Notes: generated from the letters alone by a model not told the origin. Shown: positions 40,126 to 50,493, numbered from the stretch's first letter. The stretch: 64,000 nucleotides of DNA from an uncultured Phycisphaerales bacterium (GCA_963718665.1 OY970359.1:768001-832000); one strand, 5' to 3'. Numbers and translations: made by a program.

Positions 40126-42378
40126 ATGAAGACCAGCTTATCGTTTATTGTCGTGATACTTGCTCTGATGGGTATCGGCAGCTCCAGCGACAACTCGGTT
40201 AACTACTCAGCAGCAGCTCATTCGAGTACCAGTACTCGAATGGAAACGGTTAACGTCGCTGGGCAAAACCTCACTATAACCGAGGTGGGCGATTTACTAT
40301 CAACGCCACTCAGTTCTTCTATCACCGTAGCCAAGACCTCCGTTACAGAATCGAGCACCTTCACCATAAAAATGGCGGTGACAAACACGGGGGCTACAAC
40401 AGTCACAGGCGTCCAGCCCTCATCGCTGGATGTTAACGGAACGGGTTGGGCAGCGTTGCTCAAATGGCCGTCTCCTGCGTCGGCGTCAATCGCTCCTGGA
40501 AAAACGGTCAAGTTCTCTATGAATTACAAGGCGATGCTGGCCGGGACAGTGACTTTAAGCGGTAATGCGACAAGTTCAGATGGAAACTCTATTGTGAGTT
40601 CCTCACCATCTATTACTATTCTGCCCAAGAAAATAGGTACTGCCGCAGTTACCGATGATTTAGGCAACGCGATGCTGAAATCCGGCAAAGTTACCCTTCC
40701 AATCCAGATACAGGACGAGGATACAGGCAGTCCCATTACGGGGCTTTCGCTCTCGCTGGCGTTGGATAAAAAGAACCCCTCGCGTGCCGTGCTCGCCGTG
40801 GCAGACCCTCTCGGCAGGTATCCGCTTCAAATTCTCGTGCTTCAAGGCCCGAACACAGTCGCAGCCTCATCAGCAGCCGTCTGCAGGGCGGTTTCCCAGC
40901 ATCAGGATACTGACCCGCTTACCGTCAGTTCCCAGCCGGATTGCAGTCCTGACAATTTGTACTCTCACGTAATATTACCGATTGAAACATCAGCGTTGCC
41001 CTCTCTGAAAGTGAATGCTCCTCCTTCTCCACTATCGGACACGATATCGTCTGCAACCGAGTCGGCCCTGAGTTCAGCGATGCTAGAGAAATTGAAGGCT
41101 ACCGTGTCCAAAACAACGATTTCATGTAAGGATGCTCTGGCAGAGGATAAAGCCACACTCGCCGGATTACCCGTGGATAAAATAATTGACAAATTCATCA
41201 TTGACCCGGCGGCCACGGCCGCTTGCGCCATTGCATTCCCCGAATTTGCGGCGGCCTGTCCTGAAATTGTCGAATCAGCCGGCAAAGCAGGTGATATGCT
41301 CAAGGCGGTGAACATTATGACAGATGTGTTCCAATGTGGCCTGAATCCGAGCGATGAGCTTGTACTCCAAAGGATCACATTACTGCCCGGTTCTGCTGAC
41401 GTCCTGCTGTATCAGGAGCTTGTCTCGCCGGAGAAGACCACGCCCACGTTTGTTCAAGTCCCGGTGTCGGCAACAGACCAATATGGTCAGCCGCTCTCGA
41501 CCGGTTCGCTCGAAATGTTCAGTCAGTCGAATCAGGGAGTCGGTTTGCGAGCAGTTATCGAAAATGGCGAGGCGGAAGTTCCTGTTCCCCTTGGAGATTA
41601 CAACTGGACACTGCGTTCGAAGAACTTTAAACCACAGTGCGGTCAGGTTTCGGTGAATGACAGCAATGCGACCATAACGGCGGTTATGCAGCCGCAGCCA
41701 ATTGCCTCGGGCACTGCAACTGCTGATCAACTCACAGGATTCCTGCCGGAAGGCACAACGTTCACTGTAACTCCGCACTTCTTCGATGCAAATGGTAATG
41801 AAGTGGCATGCAGCGGCCAGGTGAAATTCTATGCCCACAACCCAGTGGGCACGCTGGTCGCAACCGTTGATGCCGATACAGGCCTTGTTACTATGCAGGG
41901 TGGCTGCGGCGCAGCCGGAATCACCGCCTGGTGTAATGGCATGGAAAGCCAACGATTGCTTGTCTCCACCGACTGCGATGGAACATTGCCGCCATCGCCT
42001 CCTACGGTGGCGGGACTGCCCAAAGGGTTCCCCCAAAACCTCCCCACGGGAAATTACGTGATGACGTGGTCGGCGGATGTCAGCAGCTTCCAGTGTTGCA
42101 GCGGCTCACCACCAACATGCGCCACTTCTCCAGGGTACTCTGTCCCTCCCACGACTGTCGGCACATTCCCATTGACAAACCTGAAGACCTTTGCGAAGGT
42201 GGTGGTGCAGGCCTTCAATTACGCAGTTGCGAGCGTCAGTGAGCCGGGCTGTTCTCAGTCCGTGAGCTATTCCCCCTTCACCGACGACGCGTTCACGGTG
42301 ACCTACACCGTGACCTGTTCCCAGGAGGACTGTACCGATGCTATCACAACGTTTACCTTCACCTTGCAAAAGCAGTAG
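40126..42378 (+). CDS. Secreted Ser/Thr-rich multidomain (Ig-like) protein
   Basis: AGGAAGG RBS, signal peptide, beta-rich segments, Cys-rich C-terminus. Confidence 0.7.
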   Translation: MKTSLSFIVVILALMGIGSSSDNSVNYSAAAHSSTSTRMETVNVAGQNLTITEVGDLLSTPLSSSITVAKTSVTESSTFTIKMAVTNTGATTVTGVQPSSLDVNGTGWAALLKWPSPASASIAPGKTVKFSMNYKAMLAGTVTLSGNATSSDGNSIVSSSPSITILPKKIGTAAVTDDLGNAMLKSGKVTLPIQIQDEDTGSPITGLSLSLALDKKNPSRAVLAVADPLGRYPLQILVLQGPNTVAASSAAVCRAVSQHQDTDPLTVSSQPDCSPDNLYSHVILPIETSALPSLKVNAPPSPLSDTISSATESALSSAMLEKLKATVSKTTISCKDALAEDKATLAGLPVDKIIDKFIIDPAATAACAIAFPEFAAACPEIVESAGKAGDMLKAVNIMTDVFQCGLNPSDELVLQRITLLPGSADVLLYQELVSPEKTTPTFVQVPVSATDQYGQPLSTGSLEMFSQSNQGVGLRAVIENGEAEVPVPLGDYNWTLRSKNFKPQCGQVSVNDSNATITAVMQPQPIASGTATADQLTGFLPEGTTFTVTPHFFDANGNEVACSGQVKFYAHNPVGTLVATVDADTGLVTMQGGCGAAGITAWCNGMESQRLLVSTDCDGTLPPSPPTVAGLPKGFPQNLPTGNYVMTWSADVSSFQCCSGSPPTCATSPGYSVPPTTVGTFPLTNLKTFAKVVVQAFNYAVASVSEPGCSQSVSYSPFTDDAFTVTYTVTCSQEDCTDAITTFTFTLQKQ

Positions 42379-42844
42379 CCCCGCGCAGCGCGAATATAGT
42401 CATGGGTGCATCTGATGGGTGCGCCTGTAGCTCAATATCCATGTTTCTGTCCGATGCAACCGGCCAAGTTGGAACTGTAACGATTCATGTAGTAATTCCC
42501 TCCCTCACCTCGGGTACGACCGACACCAGCGGTTCGGATTAGCTGACCGCCTGAAAAAATAAAGTATAGATGGCCCGATGGCCGATGAATCTTTGAACAA
42601 AGTACGAGTTACCCGGATGCATAGCTTTGCCTGAAGCGGTGTCTATGCACATCAAAGAGAAGACCCAAGATGGCTTTTACTCTGGGGGTCATTGTATGTT
42701 TAGCGGATTGCGATAGTCAAAGCCGCAAGGAATGACTGAAAATAATTGCGTTTTAAGATGGATATGATAACCTGCGGAAATAGGAATGTGTAGTAGTGAT
42801 GTTAAGGCGTGTATATGAGAAACCTCAGATTAAGGAGACAGAAA

Positions 42845-43435
42845 ATGAGAAAGTTACTGACGATGTTTGTATTATTGGGGGTATTAGGTGTATGTGCGCC
42901 CTCGTATGGGTTCATCGTCGTTTATAAAGTAGCCATCAGCTATAAAACACTTGCCACTGATTATGACACGATAGCCAAAGGCGCGATAAAGGGCGTTCTG
43001 GTGATGAATATCGACGATTCCAGCGAACCCGCTGTGATTGACGAGGCACAATTTGTGCTTTATGGCAACGTCGAAGGCGGAAAACATTATGAATCGCTCG
43101 ATATTACCGACTATATAGAGTTAACGGAGAGCGAGAATAATGCGGCCATAACCATAGGTGCGACAGGGGGTATTGATTACAGCGCTAATCTGTTCGGGAA
43201 GTTAAAAGCGACAAATATCGGCCTTTCGGATAAAAAATGGATTCCCTCCGCCTTGAGCGGCGGCATACTTATGAATGGCACATTCTTTTACATAGCGGAT
43301 CTCATAGGGTTTAGCGCCGTTTCAGCAACTCTCGATTCCAAAACGACCCAAACTACCAATAGAACAGGGGCTAATGTTAGCGACGTCGTTGATAATATCA
43401 TAAGTGCATTGGGAGGTTATTCGCCTCTGTTATAA
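42845..43435 (+). CDS. Exported hypothetical protein
   Basis: AAGGAG RBS before ATG 42845; signal peptide MRKLLTMFVLL.. Confidence 0.7.
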   Translation: MRKLLTMFVLLGVLGVCAPSYGFIVVYKVAISYKTLATDYDTIAKGAIKGVLVMNIDDSSEPAVIDEAQFVLYGNVEGGKHYESLDITDYIELTESENNAAITIGATGGIDYSANLFGKLKATNIGLSDKKWIPSALSGGILMNGTFFYIADLIGFSAVSATLDSKTTQTTNRTGANVSDVVDNIISALGGYSPLL

Positions 43436-43495
43436 GTCGTCTGATTGTAGGGTGGATAGGGCAGGAAACTTGCCGTTTGAATATTCGCTACCGAT

Positions 43496-43687
43496 CCCGT
43501 ACTGTAAAAATATTCATATCATCCATCAGACCGCCCTCCTGTATGACTTCAAAAGCCCGCCAAAACACTCAGGATACAGGAACCATACTGCGGAACCATA
43601 GGAAAGCCGACCAATTTCAATAAAATCAATGGCTTATAAGGCCAGATATTCCATAAACTTAGCATCGGATGAATTTTTAATAGTGCG
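43496..43687 (+). mobile_element. Array repeat copy 6 (full length)
   Basis: CCCGTACTGTAAAAATATTC...CGGATGAATTTTTAATAGTGCG. Confidence 0.9.
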
Positions 43688-43776
43688 ACTCAAAACCGCT
43701 GAACCATTAAACACGCCCTAAAAAAACAAAAAAGGCAGTGCAACATAAATTGTTGCGACTGCCTTACTTACATCAG

Positions 43777-43948
43777 TAGCGGGGGCATCATATAAGGACC
43801 TGAAGATACCGGATTTTTAGCACACTATGCCGAAAATTGATGGCACTTTTGTCACCTTTTGAACACTGCCAAAACGCGTAACTCTTTATCCGTCAAACCG
43901 TTACCGAATGTCACCCCTCTATACCCTGACAAAGTTTTAAAACCTACC
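43777..43948 (+). repeat. 172-bp direct repeat, copy A (starts with tRNA-fMet 3'-end-like core)
   Basis: First 88 nt identical to 50099-50186. Confidence 0.9.
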
Positions 43949-43951
43949 TCC

Positions 43952-43996
43952 TAAAAATCAGCTTTACCTAAAACTTAGCATCGGATGAATATTTTT
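43952..43996 (+). repeat. Array repeat copy 7 (right-end fragment)
   Basis: TCAGCTTTACCTAAAACTTAGCATCGGATGAATATTTTT. Confidence 0.7.
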
Positions 43997-44113
43997 CTGT
44001 GGGATATTTGCATCCTGCGCGAAAATAGCTGAAAAATTTGCCTTTTTGACAAAGAGAACTGTTGAGTCAATTGCTGTTCTTTATATCTTAGGCTTATCAT
44101 CTTGCTTAAGGCG

Positions 44114-46315
44114 TCAATTCTCATCTCTGTTTCTTGCCCAGGATTTGTATTTTTCAAATGCCCCGGAACTCCGCCAGACCTTTTCATCCCAGTTATCGCC
44201 TATGTCCATAAAATAATCTCTTGCGTCCTCTTTTTCACCGCAGGCACAAGCCATAAAACATAAACGATTGCAAGTTTCTATATCCTTGAAACCAGGAAAT
44301 TGCTTGGCGAAATCCTTCTGTCCCTCCTTGATGCGTTTATAGTCAAAACCCGATTCTCTAAATTCATTCACATCTTTCACATAACACGTCATTTTACGCG
44401 CAAGCAAAAAGTAGAGAGATTGCCCTATTTCATTTTTAGTTGATTCGGCAGCCTCTCTGGCAAGCTGTTCATATTGACCAGGTTCTCCATACCATCGGGG
44501 CAAATAGGCAAAACCACGGGTAGAATAAAGAGGATAATAAGTCGGTTCGATTGCAACCCCTTTTTCGAAAGCAGTTTCAATGTCACCCAATTTGTGAAGG
44601 CCCGTCGCAACAGAAATCCATTTTTCATAAAGGGCTGGGTCTTTGACATTCAGCTTTTCCGCTTCTTTCAACACATCCAGAGCTTTTGAAAGATCCTGTT
44701 CAAAAGGCTGCCAGGCTGTCGGTGATACGGTATTTGAGTATCCACTGCCGCGTATATGCCATCCCTGCCAATAAAGAGAAATCGCCAAAGCAATGCGCGG
44801 TGTTATAGAAGATGGATATTTAGAAATCCATTTTTCGCAATATATAGTATTGTCTTCAAATGGGCGGCTGCCATAGCCGATTTCGAATGCACTATAAAAA
44901 TAATCCAATTGCCAGTTGCCGTTGGTGAAACGTCTCTTTTCACTTCGTATCTGAGAAGCCATTTTTTCCAATTCATCAAAATCTTCTGCTCTCAAATACA
45001 TATGTATTTCCTGCAGGCAGAATTCGTTGTTGTCATATATTTTGTTATAACCTAACATTGCTCCATCATCGTAAATACCACATTTTTTGTTTTTAAAGCA
45101 TTTATTGTTGTCAACGTGCGGCGCACAGTTCTTGTCGATGCTTATGCCATGCCATTTGTTTTCTGTACAAATATTTTCGCTTACAGTTCCGGTGACACCA
45201 TTTCGCAAAAGGATGCCATTGATTCCATTGCGGCGGCATATATTTTTAACAGCCGATACACTTGTTTGACTGCTGATTTCAATTCCACTTAAGCCATTGT
45301 CAAAACAATTGTTGTCGCTGACATTAAACGGACTTTTTGAAACAAACAAGATACCTGACCATTTATTTCCACAGAACGTATTTGCGGATACTTCCACAGT
45401 CGCATTGTCTTGCATGGTCATGCCATTATGTGCATTGTTTTTACATAAATTACCCTGCACAATGCCGTCAGTAAAATCCTTGAAATGGATGCCGTTCCTC
45501 TTATTGTTAACACATGTATTGTTTTTTAATTCGACATTGCCGTTGCCAAGGACAAGGATGCCGTAGGAACGGTTATTATAAATCGTACAATCAACGATCG
45601 AAACATGATTCAAATGCACATGGTCATTCTCAATTCTGATACCATCGGAAGAACTGTCGCAAATAATAAGATGTTCAAGCGATGCGCCGCTATTGTCTAT
45701 CTGCACGATGGGCCAATTGCCTTCGGATTCGTCTCCGATAATTTCAGTGTTATAATGCCTTAATGTCAATTTACTGATTTGAGCATTCTTGCAGTTATCA
45801 ATTTTCAATACGGGACCGATACGCATATCGCCTTGTATTATCACACTGTTGCAATCTTCGCCTTGGAGAATTATTCCATCTTTAAGCGTCAATGATTCTG
45901 TATAAATACCGTTTTTGATATGAACCGTATCGCCGGGCTTTGCGGAATCAATAGCAGACTGAATTGTTTTAGACAATTTGCTATCAACCTCTAGTACCCT
46001 TCCTGATGGAACAATAGGCTCAAGTTTGGTGATCACATGCTGTATTACGCCAGGTTGTATAGTGATTGGCTGCACGCCAAGATAAATTGAAAGTTCAAAA
46101 GCGACAACAGAGATTGCAATAACAAAAAATAAAATGGCAATGGCAAGTTTGAATTTACGTGAAATTAAAATATTTATACATGCTCCTTTCTGCCAATGGT
46201 TTTCTATTGTCCCTCGAAATCTGGGGACACCATATAATGGCACTAACTTAACTGGAATTTCCCGTATCAAACGCTTGGCTACGCAACCAAGCTTTCCAAT
46301 TCTCGATAATATCAA
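44114..46315 (-). CDS. Membrane-anchored right-handed beta-helix protein with C-terminal helical DUF4034-like domain; start uncertain
   Basis: Repeated 'N.C..N...GI' coils; C-terminal 'WHIRGSGYSNTV', 'YLPRWYG'. Confidence 0.75.
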   Translation of the reverse strand: MILSRIGKLGCVAKRLIREIPVKLVPLYGVPRFRGTIENHWQKGACINILISRKFKLAIAILFFVIAISVVAFELSIYLGVQPITIQPGVIQHVITKLEPIVPSGRVLEVDSKLSKTIQSAIDSAKPGDTVHIKNGIYTESLTLKDGIILQGEDCNSVIIQGDMRIGPVLKIDNCKNAQISKLTLRHYNTEIIGDESEGNWPIVQIDNSGASLEHLIICDSSSDGIRIENDHVHLNHVSIVDCTIYNNRSYGILVLGNGNVELKNNTCVNNKRNGIHFKDFTDGIVQGNLCKNNAHNGMTMQDNATVEVSANTFCGNKWSGILFVSKSPFNVSDNNCFDNGLSGIEISSQTSVSAVKNICRRNGINGILLRNGVTGTVSENICTENKWHGISIDKNCAPHVDNNKCFKNKKCGIYDDGAMLGYNKIYDNNEFCLQEIHMYLRAEDFDELEKMASQIRSEKRRFTNGNWQLDYFYSAFEIGYGSRPFEDNTIYCEKWISKYPSSITPRIALAISLYWQGWHIRGSGYSNTVSPTAWQPFEQDLSKALDVLKEAEKLNVKDPALYEKWISVATGLHKLGDIETAFEKGVAIEPTYYPLYSTRGFAYLPRWYGEPGQYEQLAREAAESTKNEIGQSLYFLLARKMTCYVKDVNEFRESGFDYKRIKEGQKDFAKQFPGFKDIETCNRLCFMACACGEKEDARDYFMDIGDNWDEKVWRSSGAFEKYKSWARNRDEN

Positions 46316-46810
46316 AATCTTCGAGGTGTCCTAATCTTAGTTGAAGGTTCAATGGCTACTTCTGTTGGACATATTAAGCGGCCCTTTCTTTCATAGCAAC
46401 AGATTTTCCCTTCAGCGAATGAAGATATAATGAGTTCAACATCAAGGGCCTTGAAAAGATAGATGTGGCGCCTCAAGATCTAGAATATGTATATAGAGCA
46501 ATGCTGCTTTAAGACATTCATCACGTTCAGAGGCTGATAAAACAGCTGTTTTACATCCAATAGCGGGGGCGCGCTCGTGGCCGTATCACATGAAAAATGC
46601 CTTCTGGGAAAAATGGTGCGTGGCGGCTTAAATTGACCGATTGCCGTGGTTTTCTTGTCGTTGTTACCATTCGTCTACTCCTTAACCAAGTGCTTAATAT
46701 GGGAAATCCTAATTTTAAACACGTAGAGAGGCGATTTTTCTTGATTTTTCGGCCTGTTTCTGGCTATAATATGGAACCTAGTTTTATGCTGATTGTTCAT
46801 GGAGGACGGT

Positions 46811-48445
46811 GTGAGCAGATACGCCCGAATCATGGCGTTGTGGGGTGTCATAGTTTCAGCACAATATTGTGTGCTGACGCAGAAGGCATACGGTCTGGTG
46901 GAATCAACCGGTCCAGACGGGTCTGATGCAATAGCGGTGCACCAACTCGGCATTACGGGAAAAGGCGTTAATGTCGGATTCATATCGGCTGACAGTGTGC
47001 TAACCACACATGAGGCCTTCCAAGACGCCAACGGCATTATACATGCTTTTGATTACGACTTCACAGGCGACGGTAATTCGATTACCGCACACGACACGCA
47101 ATTGGCAGGAATAATCGCGAGCAACGGTGGAGCCGCATATCCGAACGAAATCGGAGTAGCTCCAGGAGCGGTTATTTACTCTGCAAGAGTTTCGGACAAC
47201 AGCGGAAACGTTTCAAGCACATGGCTTATTAACGCCCTCAATGAGCTGATTGAAGATTATAATTGCCGTGTGATTGTTACCGGGTTCGAATTTACTACAG
47301 GGACAGGAACCGAACCTAACGGCAATAGCCCATGGACACTGCTTTACGATTATTATGCGTATCAGTATGGCGTGACTTTTGTAAATGCGGCGGGCAATCG
47401 AAACACGTATGTTACCATATTTGGCGACGCTTATAACGGCATAACCACGGGCGGACTTCGGCTTACCGACCCGAATAACCCCTCTGACTATCGCTGGGCG
47501 GGACTTATAAGCGGTTCCGGGCCAACAACAGACGGCAGACGCAAGCCGGATATAACCGCACCATCACAAAATCAGATAGTGCCAACATCGAGCAGTGATA
47601 CAGCATGGACGACGGTTGGGTCAACAGGCGGGGAAACGAGTTGGGCGGAACCGCATGCCGCAGGGGCGGCTGCACTGTTACTGGAACTTGCGGACACAAC
47701 ACCGGGGCCGAATGATAATAGCAGCGTTGTAATAAAGGCGGTGCTGGTTAATTCCGCGATGCCGAATGTTAACAGTAAAACGGACATCAGCACAAATCCG
47801 GCAGATTCGAACAATACCTGGCAGGCGGACAGGGGTTATGGTCGGCTTGATTGTCTTCGAGCTTATCAACTGCTGGATACCAACGAAGTCGAGCCCGGAA
47901 CGACAATCACACAGGACAGGGGCTGGGGATTCGGTCGGATTGGGCAAGGGGCAACAAATGTTTACACGATTCATATAGCGCAAAGGTGCCGGCTTATAGC
48001 AACAACCACCTGGCTGCGAAGGATAGACAATATGATGTACGCCCATTTGGCCAACATCGATATGAATGTTTGTGCGCCGGGTGAGCCGAACGCAATTTTT
48101 AACAAAACCATGTTTGGCTACAATACCAGTGACAATCTTATAAAATGTGACCTGCTCATACTCACGCCTGGCGATTATACAATCACAATTGCGAATAACT
48201 CGACGAGCAACGAGACAGCCAATTACGGCTTTGCTTTTGAACTTCATCCGATTATGGCGGGCGATTTGCCGCCAATAGATTATGTCGTGAACTACAACGA
48301 TTTATCGACATTGGCCGCGGACTGGCTGTCGGATGACTCGCCGCTTGATTCACTGCTGGCCCCCAACGGCGTTATAGATTTTGCCGACTTCGCGATACTG
48401 GCACAGAACTGGCTGCAAATCGACCCCCTCTACTATCAATATTGA
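46811..48445 (+). CDS. Secreted S8 subtilase with dockerin-like tail
   Basis: 'HDTQLAGII', 'AAGN', 'KPDITAP', 'TSWAEPH'; tail 'DFADFAILAQNWL'; GTG start after GGAGG. Confidence 0.85.
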   Translation: MSRYARIMALWGVIVSAQYCVLTQKAYGLVESTGPDGSDAIAVHQLGITGKGVNVGFISADSVLTTHEAFQDANGIIHAFDYDFTGDGNSITAHDTQLAGIIASNGGAAYPNEIGVAPGAVIYSARVSDNSGNVSSTWLINALNELIEDYNCRVIVTGFEFTTGTGTEPNGNSPWTLLYDYYAYQYGVTFVNAAGNRNTYVTIFGDAYNGITTGGLRLTDPNNPSDYRWAGLISGSGPTTDGRRKPDITAPSQNQIVPTSSSDTAWTTVGSTGGETSWAEPHAAGAAALLLELADTTPGPNDNSSVVIKAVLVNSAMPNVNSKTDISTNPADSNNTWQADRGYGRLDCLRAYQLLDTNEVEPGTTITQDRGWGFGRIGQGATNVYTIHIAQRCRLIATTTWLRRIDNMMYAHLANIDMNVCAPGEPNAIFNKTMFGYNTSDNLIKCDLLILTPGDYTITIANNSTSNETANYGFAFELHPIMAGDLPPIDYVVNYNDLSTLAADWLSDDSPLDSLLAPNGVIDFADFAILAQNWLQIDPLYYQY

Positions 48446-48535
48446 AGCTGTTATAAAGCTATAACGACATAGGAAAGTCGATATTTCCGACATTTCTGGA
48501 CAGTACCACAGACGCTAAAAGGCAAGAATGTCAAA

Positions 48536-48585
48536 AATGTCAGCTTTCCTAAATCTTAACATCGGATGAGTTTTTTTATAGTACG
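48536..48585 (+). repeat. Array repeat copy 8 (right end)
   Basis: TCAGCTTTCCTAAATCTTAACATCGGATGAGTTTTTTTATAGTACG. Confidence 0.8.
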
Positions 48586-48603
48586 AGTACACGTTATTTA
48601 TCC

Positions 48604-48804
48604 TTAGGATTTATTTCTATAAAGTATCGGCCATAAAAAGTAATATATCAAGAATGTCATGATAAAAGTAAGGATAGCTGAAAGCATAATTTGTTTAAAA
48701 TACCATGACAGGATTATTTTGAATGTAAAAGCAGACCCAATTGTAGCCCCTAAAGCAACACCAATACTAGCCAATATTCTCATTTTCATTTTGTAATCTT
48801 TCAA
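48604..48804 (-). CDS. Small two-TM hypothetical protein
   Basis: AT-rich ORF filling the interval between repeat copies 8 and 9. Confidence 0.45.
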   Translation of the reverse strand: MKDYKMKMRILASIGVALGATIGSAFTFKIILSWYFKQIMLSAILTFIMTFLIYYFLWPILYRNKS

Positions 48805-48866
48805 TACCGACGGTTAAATTTTCCTATTACCATAAGTATATAAAGTTCAGTTGAGAGTAAAACAAT

Positions 48867-49002
48867 CCCGTACTGTAAAAATATTCATCTCAACCATCAG
48901 GCCACACTCCTGTACGGCTTCAAAAGCCTACGAAGACGCTCCCGACATAGGAATTATATCGCGGAACCAAAGGGAAGTCGACCGATTTTAACAAAATAAG
49001 CT
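48867..49002 (+). mobile_element. Array repeat copy 9 (left ~70%, truncated at the IS)
   Basis: CCCGTACTGTAAAAATATTC...GTCGACCGATTTTAACAAAATAAGCT, then IS end. Confidence 0.88.
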
Positions 49003-49991
49003 TGTCCTACTCAAAAATTCGAACTTGTTCTATTTCAATAACTTATGTAAACTCCCTGAATTGCTACCAAAAATTGATTCTATAGGAATTCATGGGAGAA
49101 AGCAACCTTGAAAACGCTTTGTATGCTTATTGTTGATTTATTCACCGCCCTGCTCAAGAGCAAACGGGACTTGATCCTCGAAAACCTTGTTCTCCGTCAG
49201 CAATTGGCTATCCAGCAACGCAGCATCAAAAGGCCTAAAATCAAAAATATAGACCGTATCTTCTGGGTCTGGCTGTTCAAAATCTGGGACCATTGGAAAT
49301 CCGCACTGATTATCGTCAAACCCCAGACAGTTATTGGCTGGCACCACAAAGGTTTCAAACTATACTGGCGATGGAAGTCTCACAGAACCGGCAGACCAAC
49401 GACTGATTGGGAACTGATCAAGCTTATCCGAAGGTTTCAGAAGGAAAATCCAACCTGGTCGTCTCAACGGATTCAGGGCGAACTGGCAAAGCTCGGATAC
49501 ACTGTCTGTGATAATACCGTGGCCAAATACATGCAAAAACACAGCTGGGATGATGCTTCGCGACAGCTATGGCTGACCTTTCGCCGAGAGTGTCTGAACC
49601 ACGTCATCACTCTGAATGAAAGACATCTGCATAGCGTGCTGAACGAATACATCAATGAATATTACAACATCAGCAGAACACATATATCACTTAAGAAGGA
49701 TTCGCCCGTGCATCGCCCCCTGTTCAAACCAATGGCAATATCGTTAGCAAAGCCATCCTCGGCGGCCTGCATCACAATTACAGCCGAGTTGCCTGAATAC
49801 AAATCATGCTCTGGTTATCAAGCAAAACAGAGAACTTCTGCACCAACAATGAAGATTCAGCAAAAAACATGTTCCGGCCAGAGAAAGCCCCTTCCAAATC
49901 AGTTAATATCAACTTGCCAATGAGCAATTTCCCCCATCCGACATCCAAAAAACGTTAACTTTTACGGCCGGATGAATTTTTGAGTAGGACA
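49003..49991 (+). mobile_element. Internally deleted IS (rve/integrase-core DDE type) with perfect 18-bp TIRs
   Basis: TGTCCTACTCAAAAATTC ... GAATTTTTGAGTAGGACA. Confidence 0.9.
49108..49796 (+). pseudogene. Transposase pseudogene
   Basis: 'LENLVLRQQL', 'ENPTW..RIQGEL.KLG'; 'WLTF' fused directly to 'RRECLNH' (catalytic core missing); tail 'ILGGLHHNYSRVA*' in another frame. Confidence 0.88.
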
Positions 49992-50098
49992 CTTCATTGA
50001 ACAGTTCGTTGGCCCGATGATCTTGAAGACCGATGGAACCGTGACCAGAAAAAAAACACCGCCCTCGGAAGAACCCGAAGGCGGTGTGATACGGCCAC

Positions 50099-50270
50099 TA
50101 GCGGGGGCATCATATAAGGACCTGAAGATACCGGATTTTTAGCACACTATGCCGAAAATTGATGGCACTTTTGTCACCTTTTGAACGCCGCCAAAATGCG
50201 TAACTCTTTACCAGTAAAACCTTTAGTGAATGTCACCCCTCTATACCCTGACAAAGATTTAAGTCCTACC
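50099..50270 (+). repeat. 172-bp direct repeat, copy B
   Basis: Matches 43777-43948. Confidence 0.9.
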
Positions 50271-50315
50271 CAGCTTCCAGCCACGGTGGACATAGGTAGC
50301 CAATCTCTCGCTAGA

Positions 50316-50493
50316 ACTGTACCCATCCATCAGGCCGCTCTCCTGTATGACTTCAAAAGCCCACCCAAACGTTTCTGACATAGGAATTATATCGCAGAAC
50401 CGTAGGGAAGTCGACCAATTTCAACAAAATTAGCTGCTTGTAAGATCATCTTTACCACAAACTTAACGTCGGATGAGTTTTTATATAGTACGG
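50316..50493 (+). mobile_element. Array repeat copy 10
   Basis: Minus strand encodes CQKRLGGLLKSYRRAA*; ends CGGATGAGTTTTTATATAGTACGG. Confidence 0.9.

Noticed and set aside
43404..43601. Small ORFs sharing 'HQxALLYDFKSP' (also 50181-50378; related repeat-spanning ORFs at 50387-50680 and 61098-61307)
   Set aside because: They are translations of the array repeat; the meaningful frame is the opposite-strand transposase tail.
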